From positions 6,226 to 70,225 of the forward strand of contig JBAYFY010000004.1 of the NCBI GenBank assembly GCA_041666945.1: a stretch of DNA of 64,000 bases. Direction: 5' to 3'. The number at the start of each line of letters is the position of its first letter. Positions within the stretch are counted from its first letter, which is position 1. The translations under genes and the position numbers were made by a program. The notes under the pieces were generated by a model. The model was not told the origin of the DNA. It made no database searches and was given only the letters and a program-made list of their open reading frames with translations. Shown here piece by piece: positions 48,468 through 58,175 of the stretch. Source of the stretch: Candidatus Buchananbacteria bacterium (GTDB lineage: Bacteria > Patescibacteriota > Patescibacteriia > 2-01-FULL-39-33).

Positions 48468-49421
48468 ATGCTTATGGAATACTGCTTGGCCTACGTAAGT
48501 TCGCTGATTGCTTTGTCCTGCTACCTGCTTATCGGTTATGCCAGCCGTCTGACCGCTTTTATGCCGGCGGGAACGGCGCTTAACGGCGATTCCTGTCCCT
48601 TAACCCGTCAAAATAGAATCTTCTATGCTGCGGCTTGGCCGATTTATTTCTCCGCTGGCCGCGTTGGTCAAAGGATATCATTTATGGCGCGAGCCGTGTT
48701 CATTATCATTGTTATCGCTGTTGCCCTTGATCTGATCCAACCGAAAATAATATCTTTAAACCCGGAGCAAATCAAGCAGGCGCTTTTAACGGCCGATCCG
48801 CGGTTGAATGAAACGCAAAAAAACATTGACGGCCTGTCAACTGTTTATACCGATTGGGAAAAAATTGCCGGCGCTTCTTTAAGGGGGGACCAAGAAGCCG
48901 CCGCAATTACGCCGGAAAGCATACTGGCTCCGTCGGCAGAAGAAATAGCCGCCAGCGTTCATCACCCGCTGCAAGCGCGCATAACTGTTTTCCGTTACCA
49001 GATACAGAACGGTTTGATAGCCGACGGTTCTCCGCCCAGTTTCAGCCAAATCCATTATCATAGAAGACCGTTGGACGATTACGGCGCCGCAATTATCGCC
49101 GCTTATGTTTTGGAACACTGCGGCTATAAGCCCTACGTCCTCTGTCTTAAAACCTCTTGGGAAACTTTTCTGCTCCGGCCGCTGGAAAACTCTATCACTA
49201 AGGTTTACCTGTACAAACAAGATGAAAAATTCGGTTATATTTCTCTGTTGGGCATTAGTGAACCGAAATTCTCCACCCTTAAGGATTTAGCCGATGAGTT
49301 ATCGGGAAAAATGCATGTGAACTATACGCAGTACTTCCTGTTTGACCTCAATGTCGCTTGTCCGGGATGGCAAGAGCGCAACCCGGGAATTTATGGTTAT
49401 GAAATTTGGCGCAATTTATAA
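48468..49421 (+). CDS. Hypothetical protein with N-terminal hydrophobic segments
   Basis: 317 aa ORF with upstream promoter and AAAGGA RBS. Confidence 0.6.
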   Translation: MLMEYCLAYVSSLIALSCYLLIGYASRLTAFMPAGTALNGDSCPLTRQNRIFYAAAWPIYFSAGRVGQRISFMARAVFIIIVIAVALDLIQPKIISLNPEQIKQALLTADPRLNETQKNIDGLSTVYTDWEKIAGASLRGDQEAAAITPESILAPSAEEIAASVHHPLQARITVFRYQIQNGLIADGSPPSFSQIHYHRRPLDDYGAAIIAAYVLEHCGYKPYVLCLKTSWETFLLRPLENSITKVYLYKQDEKFGYISLLGISEPKFSTLKDLADELSGKMHVNYTQYFLFDLNVACPGWQERNPGIYGYEIWRNL

Positions 49422-49445
49422 ACCTCAACCGAAAGGAGACAAGTC

Positions 49446-49835
49446 ATGTCTGAAGATGCACACAAAAGTCCCGAACCGGAATACCCTTATGAATCGCTAC
49501 CCGATCCAGCCGAAAAACGCATCGCTGTTTTCGAGCTAACCGAAGAAACTGGGGTGTTTGCCGGCATTCTGACGTATTGTGAGATTACCCAAGAAGATCT
49601 TCTAGTTTTATACAAGAAACCGGAGATGATACTTTCTCGTGCTGGTATTACCAAAGAAGAAGCAATCTGTATGTGCTTCAAATCACTTACCGGACGCGTG
49701 TCCGAAAGGTTGATAAAACGTTTCGTTGATAATCAATTCGAATGGAATGATGTCAAAGACCTGATGTCCGGCCAATGGATCGAGAAAAATTTCTTGAGGC
49801 CCATGCGTGACAAGATCTATAGCGAAACCGAATAA
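49446..49835 (+). CDS. Hypothetical protein
   Basis: AAAGGAGA RBS; 129 aa. Confidence 0.55.
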   Translation: MSEDAHKSPEPEYPYESLPDPAEKRIAVFELTEETGVFAGILTYCEITQEDLLVLYKKPEMILSRAGITKEEAICMCFKSLTGRVSERLIKRFVDNQFEWNDVKDLMSGQWIEKNFLRPMRDKIYSETE

Positions 49836-49904
49836 TAATTGTACACAAAAACCGCGAGCACCCGCCCGCGGCTTTTAAATTTGTTAATTTTAATTGTATT
49901 TGTA

Positions 49905-50090
49905 TTTGAATGAAAAAAGGCGACCATTAAAATATTGTGCCAATTTTCAGTGTCCGTCGCAGACGGACTGGGCGCTCACGTAAAAATTTTGCTAGCGTAG
50001 CGTCAAAATTTAGTGAGCGCAACTGAAAATTTGGCCATGATTTTTAGCGGTCGCGACTCTTTGGAGGTACCTTTCTCATAGAGAAAGGTA
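49905..50090. ncRNA. Candidate structured RNA / complex terminator region: nested long-range helix enclosing two hairpins plus a perfect 12-bp hairpin
   Basis: ccaattttcagt(49934)...actgaaaatttgg(50010) encloses gtccgtc-gca-gacggac and gcgctcac...gtgagcgc; then ggtacctttctc-ata-gagaaaggtacc. Confidence 0.35.
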
Positions 50091-50150
50091 CCAGAAATGA
50101 ATTTGAATTTAACTTGAGATCCTTCACTTCGTTCAGGATGACGAAAATAC

Positions 50151-51653
50151 TTATATCACCTCCACTTTAATCAAATTGCTTTGCCCTTTGTAACCAAAGG
50201 GGTGGCCCGCCACCACTACCACCGTGTCTCCGCGTTTAGCCAAACGTTTAGCGAGCAACAATTTTTTGATATCAGCCAAGAGCTTATTGAATGAATCGGT
50301 AAAACGCGCCATTTGCGCATCCACGCCCCAGCTAAGCGCCAATTGCCGCCGCGTCAGTTCCGACGGCGTTACCGCTATAATTTGAACGGCCGGCCGAAAA
50401 CGGGCGATATTGCGCGCCGTAAAGCCAGAGGTGGTGGCGCAAACAATCAGTCGCGCCGCCGCGCTGTCTTCAGCCAAATCCTGGGCCATGAAAGAAATCA
50501 CTTGGGTAATGGATTGATTGCTCTTGAAATCATTTTCCCGCGCTTCTTCCCGCACGATTTCCTCTTGCTCCATGTGATTGGCGATGCGCGCCATATATTG
50601 CACGGCTTTAAGCGGATACTTGCCGGTGGCGCTTTCGCCCGAAAGCATAATGGCGTCGGTGCCGTCCAACACGGCGTTGGCCACATCCGACACTTCGGCG
50701 CGCGTGGGAATGGGATTTTTAATCATGGATTCCAGCATTTGGGTGGCCACAATCACCGGCTTGCCGGCTTGCCGGCATTTCTCAATCATGGACTTCTGCA
50801 ACATGGGCAGATCCTCAATAGGCGTCTCTATCCCCAAGTCGCCGCGCGCCACCATAATGCCGTCAGCCGCTTCCAGAATCCGGTCAAAATTATTAACGGC
50901 TTCGCGCCGTTCAATTTTGGCGATAATCCGGATATGTTCGCCGGAAATCTTGCCTTTCATTTCCGGTTTGCCCATTTTTTTAGCATCGCTGATATTTAGC
51001 TTCAAATATTTTTTTTCCAGCGCGAAAACTTTTTTTCGCAAGTCCAAGATGTCTTTCCCATCCTTGACAAAAGACAGGGCAATCCAATCCGCGCCGTTTT
51101 TAACGCCGAACTCCACATCAGTCAGATCCTTTTCAGTCAGCGCCGGGCAATTAATGGACGAGCGGGGAAAATTCATGCCTTTATGCGTCTTGATAACGCC
51201 GCCGTTTAAGGCCAAACAGCGGATGGCTCGTTGGCCGGTTTCCTTGACCTTCAATTCAATGGTTGCGTCATCAATCAGAACCGGATCGCCTTTTTTCAGA
51301 TCGCGATACAATGCGGGGTATTGAATCGGCACAAACGCGCTGGCGGACTTTTTGCCGGTTGAATAATATTTTTCCGGCACCAGGATTACCTCCTGACCCG
51401 CTTTGATTGCCACGCCGTCGCCCACTTCGCCGATTCTGATGCGCGGGCCTTGCAGATCCTGCAGGATGGCGATATTGGTGTTAATCGCTTTGGCTGCGGA
51501 ACGCAGATTGTGGATTAACCGGGCATGATGGCTGTGGGTGTTATGCGAAAAATTAAGCCGAGCCACGTTCAGGCCTGACTTAATCATTTTCTGCATCAGG
51601 ATTTTGGTTTCCGAAGCCGGACCGATGGTCGCGATGATCTTAGTTCTTTTCAT
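50151..51653 (-). CDS. pyk: Pyruvate kinase
   Basis: KIIATIGPAS N-term, 500 aa, C-terminal PEP-utiliser-like extension. Confidence 0.92.
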   Translation of the reverse strand: MKRTKIIATIGPASETKILMQKMIKSGLNVARLNFSHNTHSHHARLIHNLRSAAKAINTNIAILQDLQGPRIRIGEVGDGVAIKAGQEVILVPEKYYSTGKKSASAFVPIQYPALYRDLKKGDPVLIDDATIELKVKETGQRAIRCLALNGGVIKTHKGMNFPRSSINCPALTEKDLTDVEFGVKNGADWIALSFVKDGKDILDLRKKVFALEKKYLKLNISDAKKMGKPEMKGKISGEHIRIIAKIERREAVNNFDRILEAADGIMVARGDLGIETPIEDLPMLQKSMIEKCRQAGKPVIVATQMLESMIKNPIPTRAEVSDVANAVLDGTDAIMLSGESATGKYPLKAVQYMARIANHMEQEEIVREEARENDFKSNQSITQVISFMAQDLAEDSAAARLIVCATTSGFTARNIARFRPAVQIIAVTPSELTRRQLALSWGVDAQMARFTDSFNKLLADIKKLLLAKRLAKRGDTVVVVAGHPFGYKGQSNLIKVEVI

Positions 51654-51801
51654 AAATACTTTGAGATTGTAACCCTGAAAATTTATCCCGCCGGTTGGCG
51701 GAAAAATTATCCGGGATCTTTGGATTCTGATAATTCCCAGCCGGAGATCCCTGATATCCCAATGATTGCATTGTGATTTCGGAATAACGACTGTTTATTG
51801 A

Positions 51802-52119
51802 TTACAGTTTCAACGTCTTTTCCAACCAAGCGCCGAATTCTTTGGCCGGGCCGGCTAATAGCGGCAGCTGCCATTTCTCTCCATTGTAGGCCTTGACCAT
51901 AGCGATAATCGCCGTTACGGCCACGATTAAACTGACCAACCAACCCAAAACGGGAATGAGGCCGACAAAAGAAATCACAAACAACAGCACGCCCTGATTG
52001 GCGTGAAAACGCACGTAACTGTCGTTTTTCTTGGCCGCCAAAGCCACCAAGCTTAAAATCCAAAGATAAGAAATCACTCCCCAGGCCTTTTGATCTTGCG
52101 TTAATGTTTGATTAGCCAT
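51802..52119 (-). CDS. DUF4870/Tic20-like small membrane protein
   Basis: KAWGVISYLWILSLVALAAKKND...RFHANQGVLLFV pattern. Confidence 0.6.
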   Translation of the reverse strand: MANQTLTQDQKAWGVISYLWILSLVALAAKKNDSYVRFHANQGVLLFVISFVGLIPVLGWLVSLIVAVTAIIAMVKAYNGEKWQLPLLAGPAKEFGAWLEKTLKL

Positions 52120-52124
52120 AAAAT

Positions 52125-52232
52125 TATTTTAATTATGTAATAAGTAAAAAGTAATATGTAATAAGTAGATATTAAATTATTAAATTTATATCACCTGTTA
52201 CTTGTTACTTATTACCTGTTACTTTTTTTGGT
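52125..52232. repeat. Heptamer repeat tract in inverted arrangement (TAAGTAA-type units then TTACTTG/TTACTTA/TTACCTG units)
   Basis: atgtaataagtaaaaagtaatatgtaataagtag ... tcacctgttacttgttacttattacctgttacttt; same heptamer family as 59-125 and 38846-38870. Confidence 0.75.
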
Positions 52233-52648
52233 AAATTGTCCCATAACAGCACCAACATGTAAACCAACAGGCAACCGGCCAAAGCGGTTAGGATGCTTTC
52301 TGTCGCCAGATTAAAGACCTTCCAAATCCTGAAGCCGGCGGAGAACCGAGAGGCGGCGACAATCAGCCCGATGGCAAAGCCGGCAATTCCTCCGGCCAAG
52401 GCGCCAATGGCGTTGATCTGGCCGTAGGATTTCACCACTTGCCGGCCGATCCAGACAAAGGCCGCCAACCGTATCAGCCACATCAGCAAATCAATCAGGC
52501 CGAACGACAAATCCGGCCAAAGCCAAACCAAGAGCCAACGCAAAAAAATTTCCGCCGCCCCGGCAATCAACACCGGAATCAATACGAACTGAAAATAAAA
52601 AACAAAGTTGATCGGTTCCCATCTTTTTTTTGTCCCTGCCATACGCAA
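52205..52648 (-). CDS. Hypothetical membrane protein (4 TM)
   Basis: 147 aa hydrophobic ORF; 3' end overlaps heptamer tract. Confidence 0.6.
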   Translation of the reverse strand: MRMAGTKKRWEPINFVFYFQFVLIPVLIAGAAEIFLRWLLVWLWPDLSFGLIDLLMWLIRLAAFVWIGRQVVKSYGQINAIGALAGGIAGFAIGLIVAASRFSAGFRIWKVFNLATESILTALAGCLLVYMLVLLWDNLPKKVTGNK

Positions 52649-52809
52649 TTAATTATAGCAAAGTTCGTTTAAAAGAAAAAATTATCCTTAGTTATGCCAA
52701 TTTGACAATTCTCCCGCCTTATGCTATCATGCCTTATTAATCGGTATGCGGTAGTGGCACTTTAAATCAATTAATATGTTTAAAATCAACTGCTAAAAGG
52801 AGGTACCCC

Positions 52810-53565
52810 ATGAAACTGGCGCCCTGGGATTTGGATAACCTGATTGGTCTTTTGCAAGGGTTGAACCATAATCTGCAATATTTCCTGTTTTCCTATTTTT
52901 TTACCATGACGGGCGCGGCCCTGGTCGCCATATTGATTGTTCTGGGTATCTGGCAGATGTACAAACACCAGAAACGCTGGCGGCGCGGTTTGGGCCTGGC
53001 CATAATTTTTTCGGGAATAACCATCGCCGTTTCCAGCTACGTCGCCGCCAAAAATATCACCCAAGAACGGTTGCAAGCCCTTGATTCAGTCAACTATGAA
53101 GCCAAGAAAACGGCTGTCAAAACATTCATTATAGACGGCCTGCCCGTGCCGATTGATCAGGCCTGGTGGCTGTTCCATAATGCCGAATTTGAATTCGCCC
53201 TGCAATGCAAGCAAACCTCCAAGTCATTATGGGTGGCGGGCGATGATATCTTCAATATTCTGATTCGGGAACGCCTGGAAGAATCCTGCGCTCGCATCGC
53301 CGCCGATTTGGGTCTTGACCCCAAACAATTAATTGAACAGTTGACCGACACCAAGCATCAAATGCTCTTGCCGCCCGGCAGCCAAATCAAAATGGTTGAA
53401 GTCAGATATATCAATCAGGGCGACAGAATATTGCCGCTGGAACAATCTCCGCTGGAACAATTTCCATCACTGGTTAATTTCGGCGACCTCAACTTGCTGA
53501 CGCCCCAGCTTTCGGAACAAAATTACCTTCCGGTACCGCTGATTATCCCAGATACCGACGAATAG
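52810..53565 (+). CDS. Hypothetical membrane-anchored protein
   Basis: AAAGGAGG RBS; 2 TM N-term; terminator downstream. Confidence 0.65.
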   Translation: MKLAPWDLDNLIGLLQGLNHNLQYFLFSYFFTMTGAALVAILIVLGIWQMYKHQKRWRRGLGLAIIFSGITIAVSSYVAAKNITQERLQALDSVNYEAKKTAVKTFIIDGLPVPIDQAWWLFHNAEFEFALQCKQTSKSLWVAGDDIFNILIRERLEESCARIAADLGLDPKQLIEQLTDTKHQMLLPPGSQIKMVEVRYINQGDRILPLEQSPLEQFPSLVNFGDLNLLTPQLSEQNYLPVPLIIPDTDE

Positions 53566-53588
53566 CCGCAAATAACAGAACTTTACCA

Positions 53589-53624
53589 CCCGCTTGAAAC
53601 GCTCAAGCGGGTTTTATTTTTAAT
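53589..53624 (+). terminator. Rho-independent terminator
   Basis: cccgcttga-aacgc-tcaagcggg followed by ttttatttttaattt. Confidence 0.75.
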
Positions 53625-53642
53625 TTGGCTTGATTTAATTTT

Positions 53643-53672
53643 TTGTCAAAAAACCGAGAAATATTGTATAAT
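53643..53672 (+). promoter_or_regulatory. Promoter TTGTCA-N18-TATAAT with extended -10 TG
   Basis: ttgtcaaaaaaccgagaaatattgtataat. Confidence 0.45.
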
Positions 53673-53714
53673 TATAATAACCTTAATTAATGAAGGTGAT
53701 ATTCCAACAATAAT

Positions 53715-54263
53715 ATGGCCAACCTACAAAATGGCAATGAATTGATAAAAGTCGACGTATTCAAAAAAATCGGTTTGGAGGAAGATATGCACGTCGGCGA
53801 TTTGGGCTGCGGCAATTTGGCCTTCTACGCTCTAAGCTCGGCTAAGCTGGTCGGCAAGAACGGACAGGTCTATGCGGTTGATATTCTCAAGTCCGCCCTA
53901 AACGCTGTTGACACCCGGATAAAACAGGAGGGATTAAAGAATATTAAAACCGTTTGGTCTAATTTGGAATTAGTCGGGGCAACCAATATTCCGGCCGGCA
54001 GTTTGGATGCCGCCTTCATTCACAATGTCCTTTTTCAATCGGAAGAACATAATAACTTTCTCAAAGAAACCGCTCGCTTGCTCAAGTCCGGAGGCAAACT
54101 GATGGTTATTGATTGGAAAAAAATCGCCTCGCCTTTTGGTCCGCCGGTCAAAGATCGGCCCGAACCGGAACTGATTAAAAAGATGGCGGATAAAGCCGGA
54201 CTGAAATTGGTTGAAGAATTTGAAGCCGGCCCTTATCATTTCGGTTTAATCTTCACCCGTTAG
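53715..54263 (+). CDS. Class I SAM-dependent methyltransferase
   Basis: VGDLGCGNLAF motif I, GKLMVIDW. Confidence 0.7.
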   Translation: MANLQNGNELIKVDVFKKIGLEEDMHVGDLGCGNLAFYALSSAKLVGKNGQVYAVDILKSALNAVDTRIKQEGLKNIKTVWSNLELVGATNIPAGSLDAAFIHNVLFQSEEHNNFLKETARLLKSGGKLMVIDWKKIASPFGPPVKDRPEPELIKKMADKAGLKLVEEFEAGPYHFGLIFTR

Positions 54264-54387
54264 CCGGTCTTTACATTTTCGCCGATTGTCGCTAAGATGC
54301 TACCACTGCGATAAAAAATCTTTCGTTCCGCCAACATTAACGCTCGCGTTGTGCCCGGAATAATAAAAGAATCAAATCTAAAATTAT

Positions 54388-54798
54388 ATGTTCAACATCG
54401 TTAAATTCTTTACTCCCGGCTATTTTTTGGAATTACGCCCGTATGTCTACCCCTCCACCGTCAAAATTATGATTGTCGCCGGCGCCATCCTGCTGGTGAT
54501 CGCCCTGGGATTCAAAATTTATGCCCTCAAAGCCAAGCTGCCCGGCTATCAAGCAAGATTATTTGACCGGATCGCTGTCTGGTTTGCCACTTTCGGCGCC
54601 CTGGAACTGCTCTGGACCTGGCTTAGATATGAACGAGTGTCTTACCTTTCCGCTCGTTTTTGGAGCGTGATTCTGCTTCTTATAGCCCTATGGTGGGCTT
54701 ATCGGATATTCCTTTACTGGCGCAAGGTGGTGCCGCAAGCGCAAAAACAAGCCCAAACGCATCAGCAATACTTGAAATATTTGCCCAAAAAGAAATAA
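54388..54798 (+). CDS. Hypothetical membrane protein (4 TM)
   Basis: 136 aa; stop TAA immediately before YraN start. Confidence 0.55.
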   Translation: MFNIVKFFTPGYFLELRPYVYPSTVKIMIVAGAILLVIALGFKIYALKAKLPGYQARLFDRIAVWFATFGALELLWTWLRYERVSYLSARFWSVILLLIALWWAYRIFLYWRKVVPQAQKQAQTHQQYLKYLPKKK

Positions 54799-54800
54799 TT

Positions 54801-55166
54801 ATGTCTGATTACCGAGTGCGCCTGGGCAAATACGGCGAGAATCTGGCGGCGCAATTTCTAACTCGGCGCGGTTACCAAGTGATTGAAAAAAATTACTACA
54901 CGCAATTCGGAGAAATTGACCTCATCGCCCGATCCGGCGATGAGATTTTATTTGTGGAGGTTAAAACCCGCACTGCCGACAAAACCGGCTTGCCCGAAAC
55001 AGCGGTTGATCTCCATAAACTGCGCCATTTGCAAAAAGCCGCCAGAATTTACCTCAACTGTCGCGGCTGGAGCTGTTTTTGGCGCTTGGACATTATCAGC
55101 GTAGAACTCAACCGGGCGACCGGCACGGCTAAAATAAAATGGTTCAATAACATCTCAATCTCTTGA
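54801..55166 (+). CDS. YraN-family (UPF0102) endonuclease-like protein
   Basis: GE.DLIA....ILFVEVKTR pattern; start at internal MSDYRV of ORF 54660. Confidence 0.7.
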   Translation: MSDYRVRLGKYGENLAAQFLTRRGYQVIEKNYYTQFGEIDLIARSGDEILFVEVKTRTADKTGLPETAVDLHKLRHLQKAARIYLNCRGWSCFWRLDIISVELNRATGTAKIKWFNNISIS

Positions 55167-55191
55167 CAATTATCTGCTTTTCCTTTATACT
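55163..55191 (+). promoter_or_regulatory. Sigma70 promoter TTGACA-N17-TATACT
   Basis: cttgacaattatctgcttttcctttatact. Confidence 0.45.
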
Positions 55192-55257
55192 GACAAAAAC
55201 ACGGCACTTTAAATAAAAACTGTAACTTCCCGCGCTACGGGAAAAAAGGAGAAAAAT

Positions 55258-56046
55258 ATGCTTTGGTGGAAAAGGGATGAGAAAGACAAAAATCGCAAAG
55301 CTAATCCTGCTATTTCCCCTCATCCGGCGGATCGGCAGAAAAACCGGCCGCCCAAACCGGCGGAAGAAGAAAAAGAAAAAAAACCGGCTAAACCGGCCAA
55401 ACCGGCCAAACCGAAAACAATAGAGGAAATAGTCAAGGAAAAACTGACGGCTCAAGATTTGGAAAAATATTCCCGACTGGGCGTGCCGTTTTACGAGCTG
55501 ATACTTTTTTATAGAACATTGAATCAAGTGCCGAAGCCGGAAAATCTGGAAACTGACGCCAGGGTACTGACTGAATCCTGCCGTGATCAAGGTTATGAAT
55601 TGGAAGACATTTCTCCGCGGGAAATGTTGGGGATACTGGTTGATTGGTACAGGCATAACAGAAGTCAAGCTCAAAGCGGCAGACCGCTGACAGCCGCGCC
55701 GCTAATTGTAGTCATGCGTAATGCCGATAAGGCCGTCCGGCGAGAACTGGGTTTGCCGCCGGACAAATTTCCCAAAAACCAATCGGATTTTAACCGCCGG
55801 CTGCAAGAAAAAATCGACAGGATGGTGGTCATAGCCAAACAAAACAGAGCTAAAAAATTGGGATTGACTTTACAGCAGCTGCTATCCCGGGAAGCCGCGC
55901 AACCTGGCGCCAATAAAGAAGGCCTCAAAAAAATTTACGCTTTAGCCCAAGTGATGGCCGAAGAAGAAGCTGGCCGCAGGAAAAAATCTGAAGAACAAGC
56001 CGGCGGCGGTAAAGCCGAGGAAGTTGCCCGCAATCCGCAGGAATAG
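55258..56046 (+). CDS. Hypothetical Lys/Glu/Pro-rich protein
   Basis: AAAAGGAGA RBS; (KPA)n repeats; terminator 56055-56088 downstream. Confidence 0.6.
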   Translation: MLWWKRDEKDKNRKANPAISPHPADRQKNRPPKPAEEEKEKKPAKPAKPAKPKTIEEIVKEKLTAQDLEKYSRLGVPFYELILFYRTLNQVPKPENLETDARVLTESCRDQGYELEDISPREMLGILVDWYRHNRSQAQSGRPLTAAPLIVVMRNADKAVRRELGLPPDKFPKNQSDFNRRLQEKIDRMVVIAKQNRAKKLGLTLQQLLSREAAQPGANKEGLKKIYALAQVMAEEEAGRRKKSEEQAGGGKAEEVARNPQE

Positions 56047-56054
56047 AACACCAA

Positions 56055-56088
56055 ATCGCCGCAAAAACACTGCGGCGATTTATTTTTG
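56055..56088 (+). terminator. Rho-independent terminator
   Basis: atcgccgca-aaaacac-tgcggcgat + ttatttttg. Confidence 0.7.
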
Positions 56089-56095
56089 TCGGCGC

Positions 56096-56124
56096 TTGAC
56101 AAATAAAACCGCCCGTGCTATACT
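56096..56124 (+). promoter_or_regulatory. Sigma70 promoter TTGACA-N17-TATACT (nusA)
   Basis: cttgacaaataaaaccgcccgtgctatact. Confidence 0.45.
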
Positions 56125-56180
56125 GGTTACAGATGATTAATGACAGCCCTAGCCGGCTGTCATTTTTTACAAAAACAATA

Positions 56181-56365
56181 CGTCATTCCCGCGCACCCTG
56201 CCTGCCGGCAGGCAGGGGCGGGGATCCAATTTTCGTCTTTCGTCATCCCCGCGTAAGCGGGGATCCAAAAAATTAAAAACCATAAATAATAGACCCACAG
56301 ACAAATCCTCCCGCTCGCTTTGCTCGCTTACGGATTTTCTGCCCCTGCCGGCAGGCAGGGATGAC
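56181..56365. repeat. Palindromic repeat locus 3: long nested palindrome cgtcattcccgcg-caccctgcctgccggcaggcaggg-gcggggatcc, short unit cgtcatccccgcgtaagcggggatcc, cgctcgct motifs, partial copy cccctgccggcaggcagggatgac
   Basis: Read directly; spurious minus ORF 56167-56367 derives from it. Confidence 0.8.
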
Positions 56366-56391
56366 AATAAAGAAAATAATCTAATACTAAT

Positions 56392-58023
56392 ATGTCACAA
56401 TCACCAATCCAGGCAGCCATCCAACAAATCTGCCAGGAAAAAAACTTGGACGAAGCGGTCGTGCTTCGCGCCATTGAGGCGGCCTTAGCCGCCGCTTACC
56501 GCAAAGATTTCGGCAATAAACTGCAAAACATCATTACCGAATTTGATCCCAAAACAGGCGGGGTCAAGGCCTTTGACGTTAAAACCGTAGTGGAAAATGA
56601 ACCGGAAGAAGGCGCCGAGGGAGAAGTGCAAGAAACGGATGATGCCGAAGTTAAAGAAGCCAAAACGGAAAAGAAAAAGAAAACCAAAGAAGAGGCCGGA
56701 GCGTCATTCGCCGCCGCTTTTGCCGCGGCCTTAAAAGAGAAGCAAGAACGCGAAGAGCAGGAAACCGCCGCTCCGGAAAAAGAACAGAAAGAAAAAGCGG
56801 CCATGAAATCGTTCCTGGCCGAGGAAGTGGAGTTGACCGATGAGGAAAAAGAAAAAAAATTCAATCCCAAAACGGAAATCCAGATCAAAGACGCCTTGCT
56901 GGAGAAGCCGGATGCCAAGATCGGCGATGAAATTGTCACGCCGCTGGAAGTACCTGGAGAATTCGGCCGTATGGCCGCCCAAACCGCCAAGCAAGTCATT
57001 ATCCAAAAATTGCGCGAAGAAGAACGCCTGAAAATCTTTGAGGAATTCAAAAGTTTGGAACACACCATTATTACCGGCACCATCCAGCGTCGCGAAGGCC
57101 AGAATGTTTTTGTTGATTTCGGCCATACTGCCGCCATCATGCCGCCCGAAGAACAGGTGGAGCGCGAACGCTACAATATTGGCAATCGCATGAAGTTCTA
57201 TCTCAAAACAGTTGATCAGGGCCTTAGGGGATCAATGATGATTGTCTCGCGCGCCGATATCGCCGTGGTTAAGGGAATTTTTGAAGAAGAAATTCCGGAA
57301 ATCGCCACCGGCGCCGTGGAAATAAAATCCCTGGCGCGCGAAGCCGGCAGCCGCACCAAAGTCGCTATCGCTTCCACCGAGGAAAACATTGACCCCATAG
57401 GCGCTTGCGTCGGTCAACGCGGATCAAGAATCCAAACCATTATCAGCGAATTGTCCGGGGAAAAAGTTGACATTATTCTTTATGACGCCGATCCGGCCAA
57501 ATTTATCACCAATTCCTTATCGCCGGCCAAAGTCAATGACGTTATCATTGATGAAGCCAGCCATATAGCCAAGGTTAAGGTAAGGGAAGACCAGCTGTCC
57601 CTGGCCATCGGCCGCGGCGGTCAGAATGTCCGTTTGGCTTCCAAACTGACCGGCTGGAAAATTGACATCATTTCCGACGGCGGAGAAAAATACAATCCGG
57701 AAAAAGCGGCGGAAACTGCTGAAGGCGAAATTCCGGCTGAAACCGCAAAACCCGCTGAACCGGAAGACGTAAACACCGAAAAAGGCGTTGGAGAGCCGGC
57801 CAAAACCGAACCGAGCCAAGAAGAAACTCCGAAGGAAAAGAAAAAAAGGACTAAAAAAAAGAAAACGATTGAGGACGACAAAAAAGAAGGGGCGGAAGAA
57901 ATAAAATCGGAAGAAACTCCATTGCTTGAGGAAGTCCCCATAGCCGAAGAGTTGGCTGAAACCCGGCCAAGCGAGGAAGCCGCGGAAGAAACAAGCGCGA
58001 CTGAAAAAAATCCAGCGGAATAA
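56392..58023 (+). CDS. nusA: Transcription termination/antitermination factor NusA with acidic/Lys-rich insertion and C-terminal extension
   Basis: N-terminal domain, S1 domain (GTIQRREGQNVFVDFGHTAAIMP), KH domains (IGACVGQRGSRIQ; LAIGRGGQNVRLASKLTGWKIDI). Confidence 0.85.
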   Translation: MSQSPIQAAIQQICQEKNLDEAVVLRAIEAALAAAYRKDFGNKLQNIITEFDPKTGGVKAFDVKTVVENEPEEGAEGEVQETDDAEVKEAKTEKKKKTKEEAGASFAAAFAAALKEKQEREEQETAAPEKEQKEKAAMKSFLAEEVELTDEEKEKKFNPKTEIQIKDALLEKPDAKIGDEIVTPLEVPGEFGRMAAQTAKQVIIQKLREEERLKIFEEFKSLEHTIITGTIQRREGQNVFVDFGHTAAIMPPEEQVERERYNIGNRMKFYLKTVDQGLRGSMMIVSRADIAVVKGIFEEEIPEIATGAVEIKSLAREAGSRTKVAIASTEENIDPIGACVGQRGSRIQTIISELSGEKVDIILYDADPAKFITNSLSPAKVNDVIIDEASHIAKVKVREDQLSLAIGRGGQNVRLASKLTGWKIDIISDGGEKYNPEKAAETAEGEIPAETAKPAEPEDVNTEKGVGEPAKTEPSQEETPKEKKKRTKKKKTIEDDKKEGAEEIKSEETPLLEEVPIAEELAETRPSEEAAEETSATEKNPAE

Positions 58024-58029
58024 GATAAT

Positions 58030-58175
58030 GTAGTTCCCCGGGGCAAACCCGGGGGTGATAGGGGAACTTACGTACTAACGCAGCTCGGCAAGCCGAGCAG
58101 TATTCGACTACATTGGCGTCGCTCGCTCGGAATCCAGCGCTTTGAAGCGCTGGTTCGCTCGCTCACTAGCCAATA
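58030..58175 (+). ncRNA. Hairpin-dense region downstream of nusA (candidate structured RNA or repeat-derived element)
   Basis: agttcccc-ggggcaaacccgggg-...ggggaact; gctcggc-aa-gccgagc; ccagcgctt-tg-aagcgctgg flanked by direct repeats tcgctcgctc. Confidence 0.3.

Noticed and set aside
49905-50090. tRNA, SRP RNA, 6S, RNase P or tmRNA identity for the structured intergenic region
   Set aside because: No cloverleaf with T-loop GTTCRANNC, no SRP domain IV or RNase P conserved motifs recognisable by eye; left as an unclassified candidate.
50313-51324. + strand ORFs 50313-50999 and 50578-51324
   Set aside because: Antisense to pyruvate kinase, which has clear family motifs.
51707-52063. 118-aa minus ORF overlapping DUF4870-like gene in another frame
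   Set aside because: Arg/Gly-rich shadow ORF; the 51802-52119 frame gives a coherent membrane protein.
56496-57140. Minus-strand ORFs inside nusA (56496-57140, 56731-57126, 57621-58046)
   Set aside because: Antisense of Lys/Glu-rich nusA segments gives long open frames (F/S-rich); nusA motif evidence is decisive.
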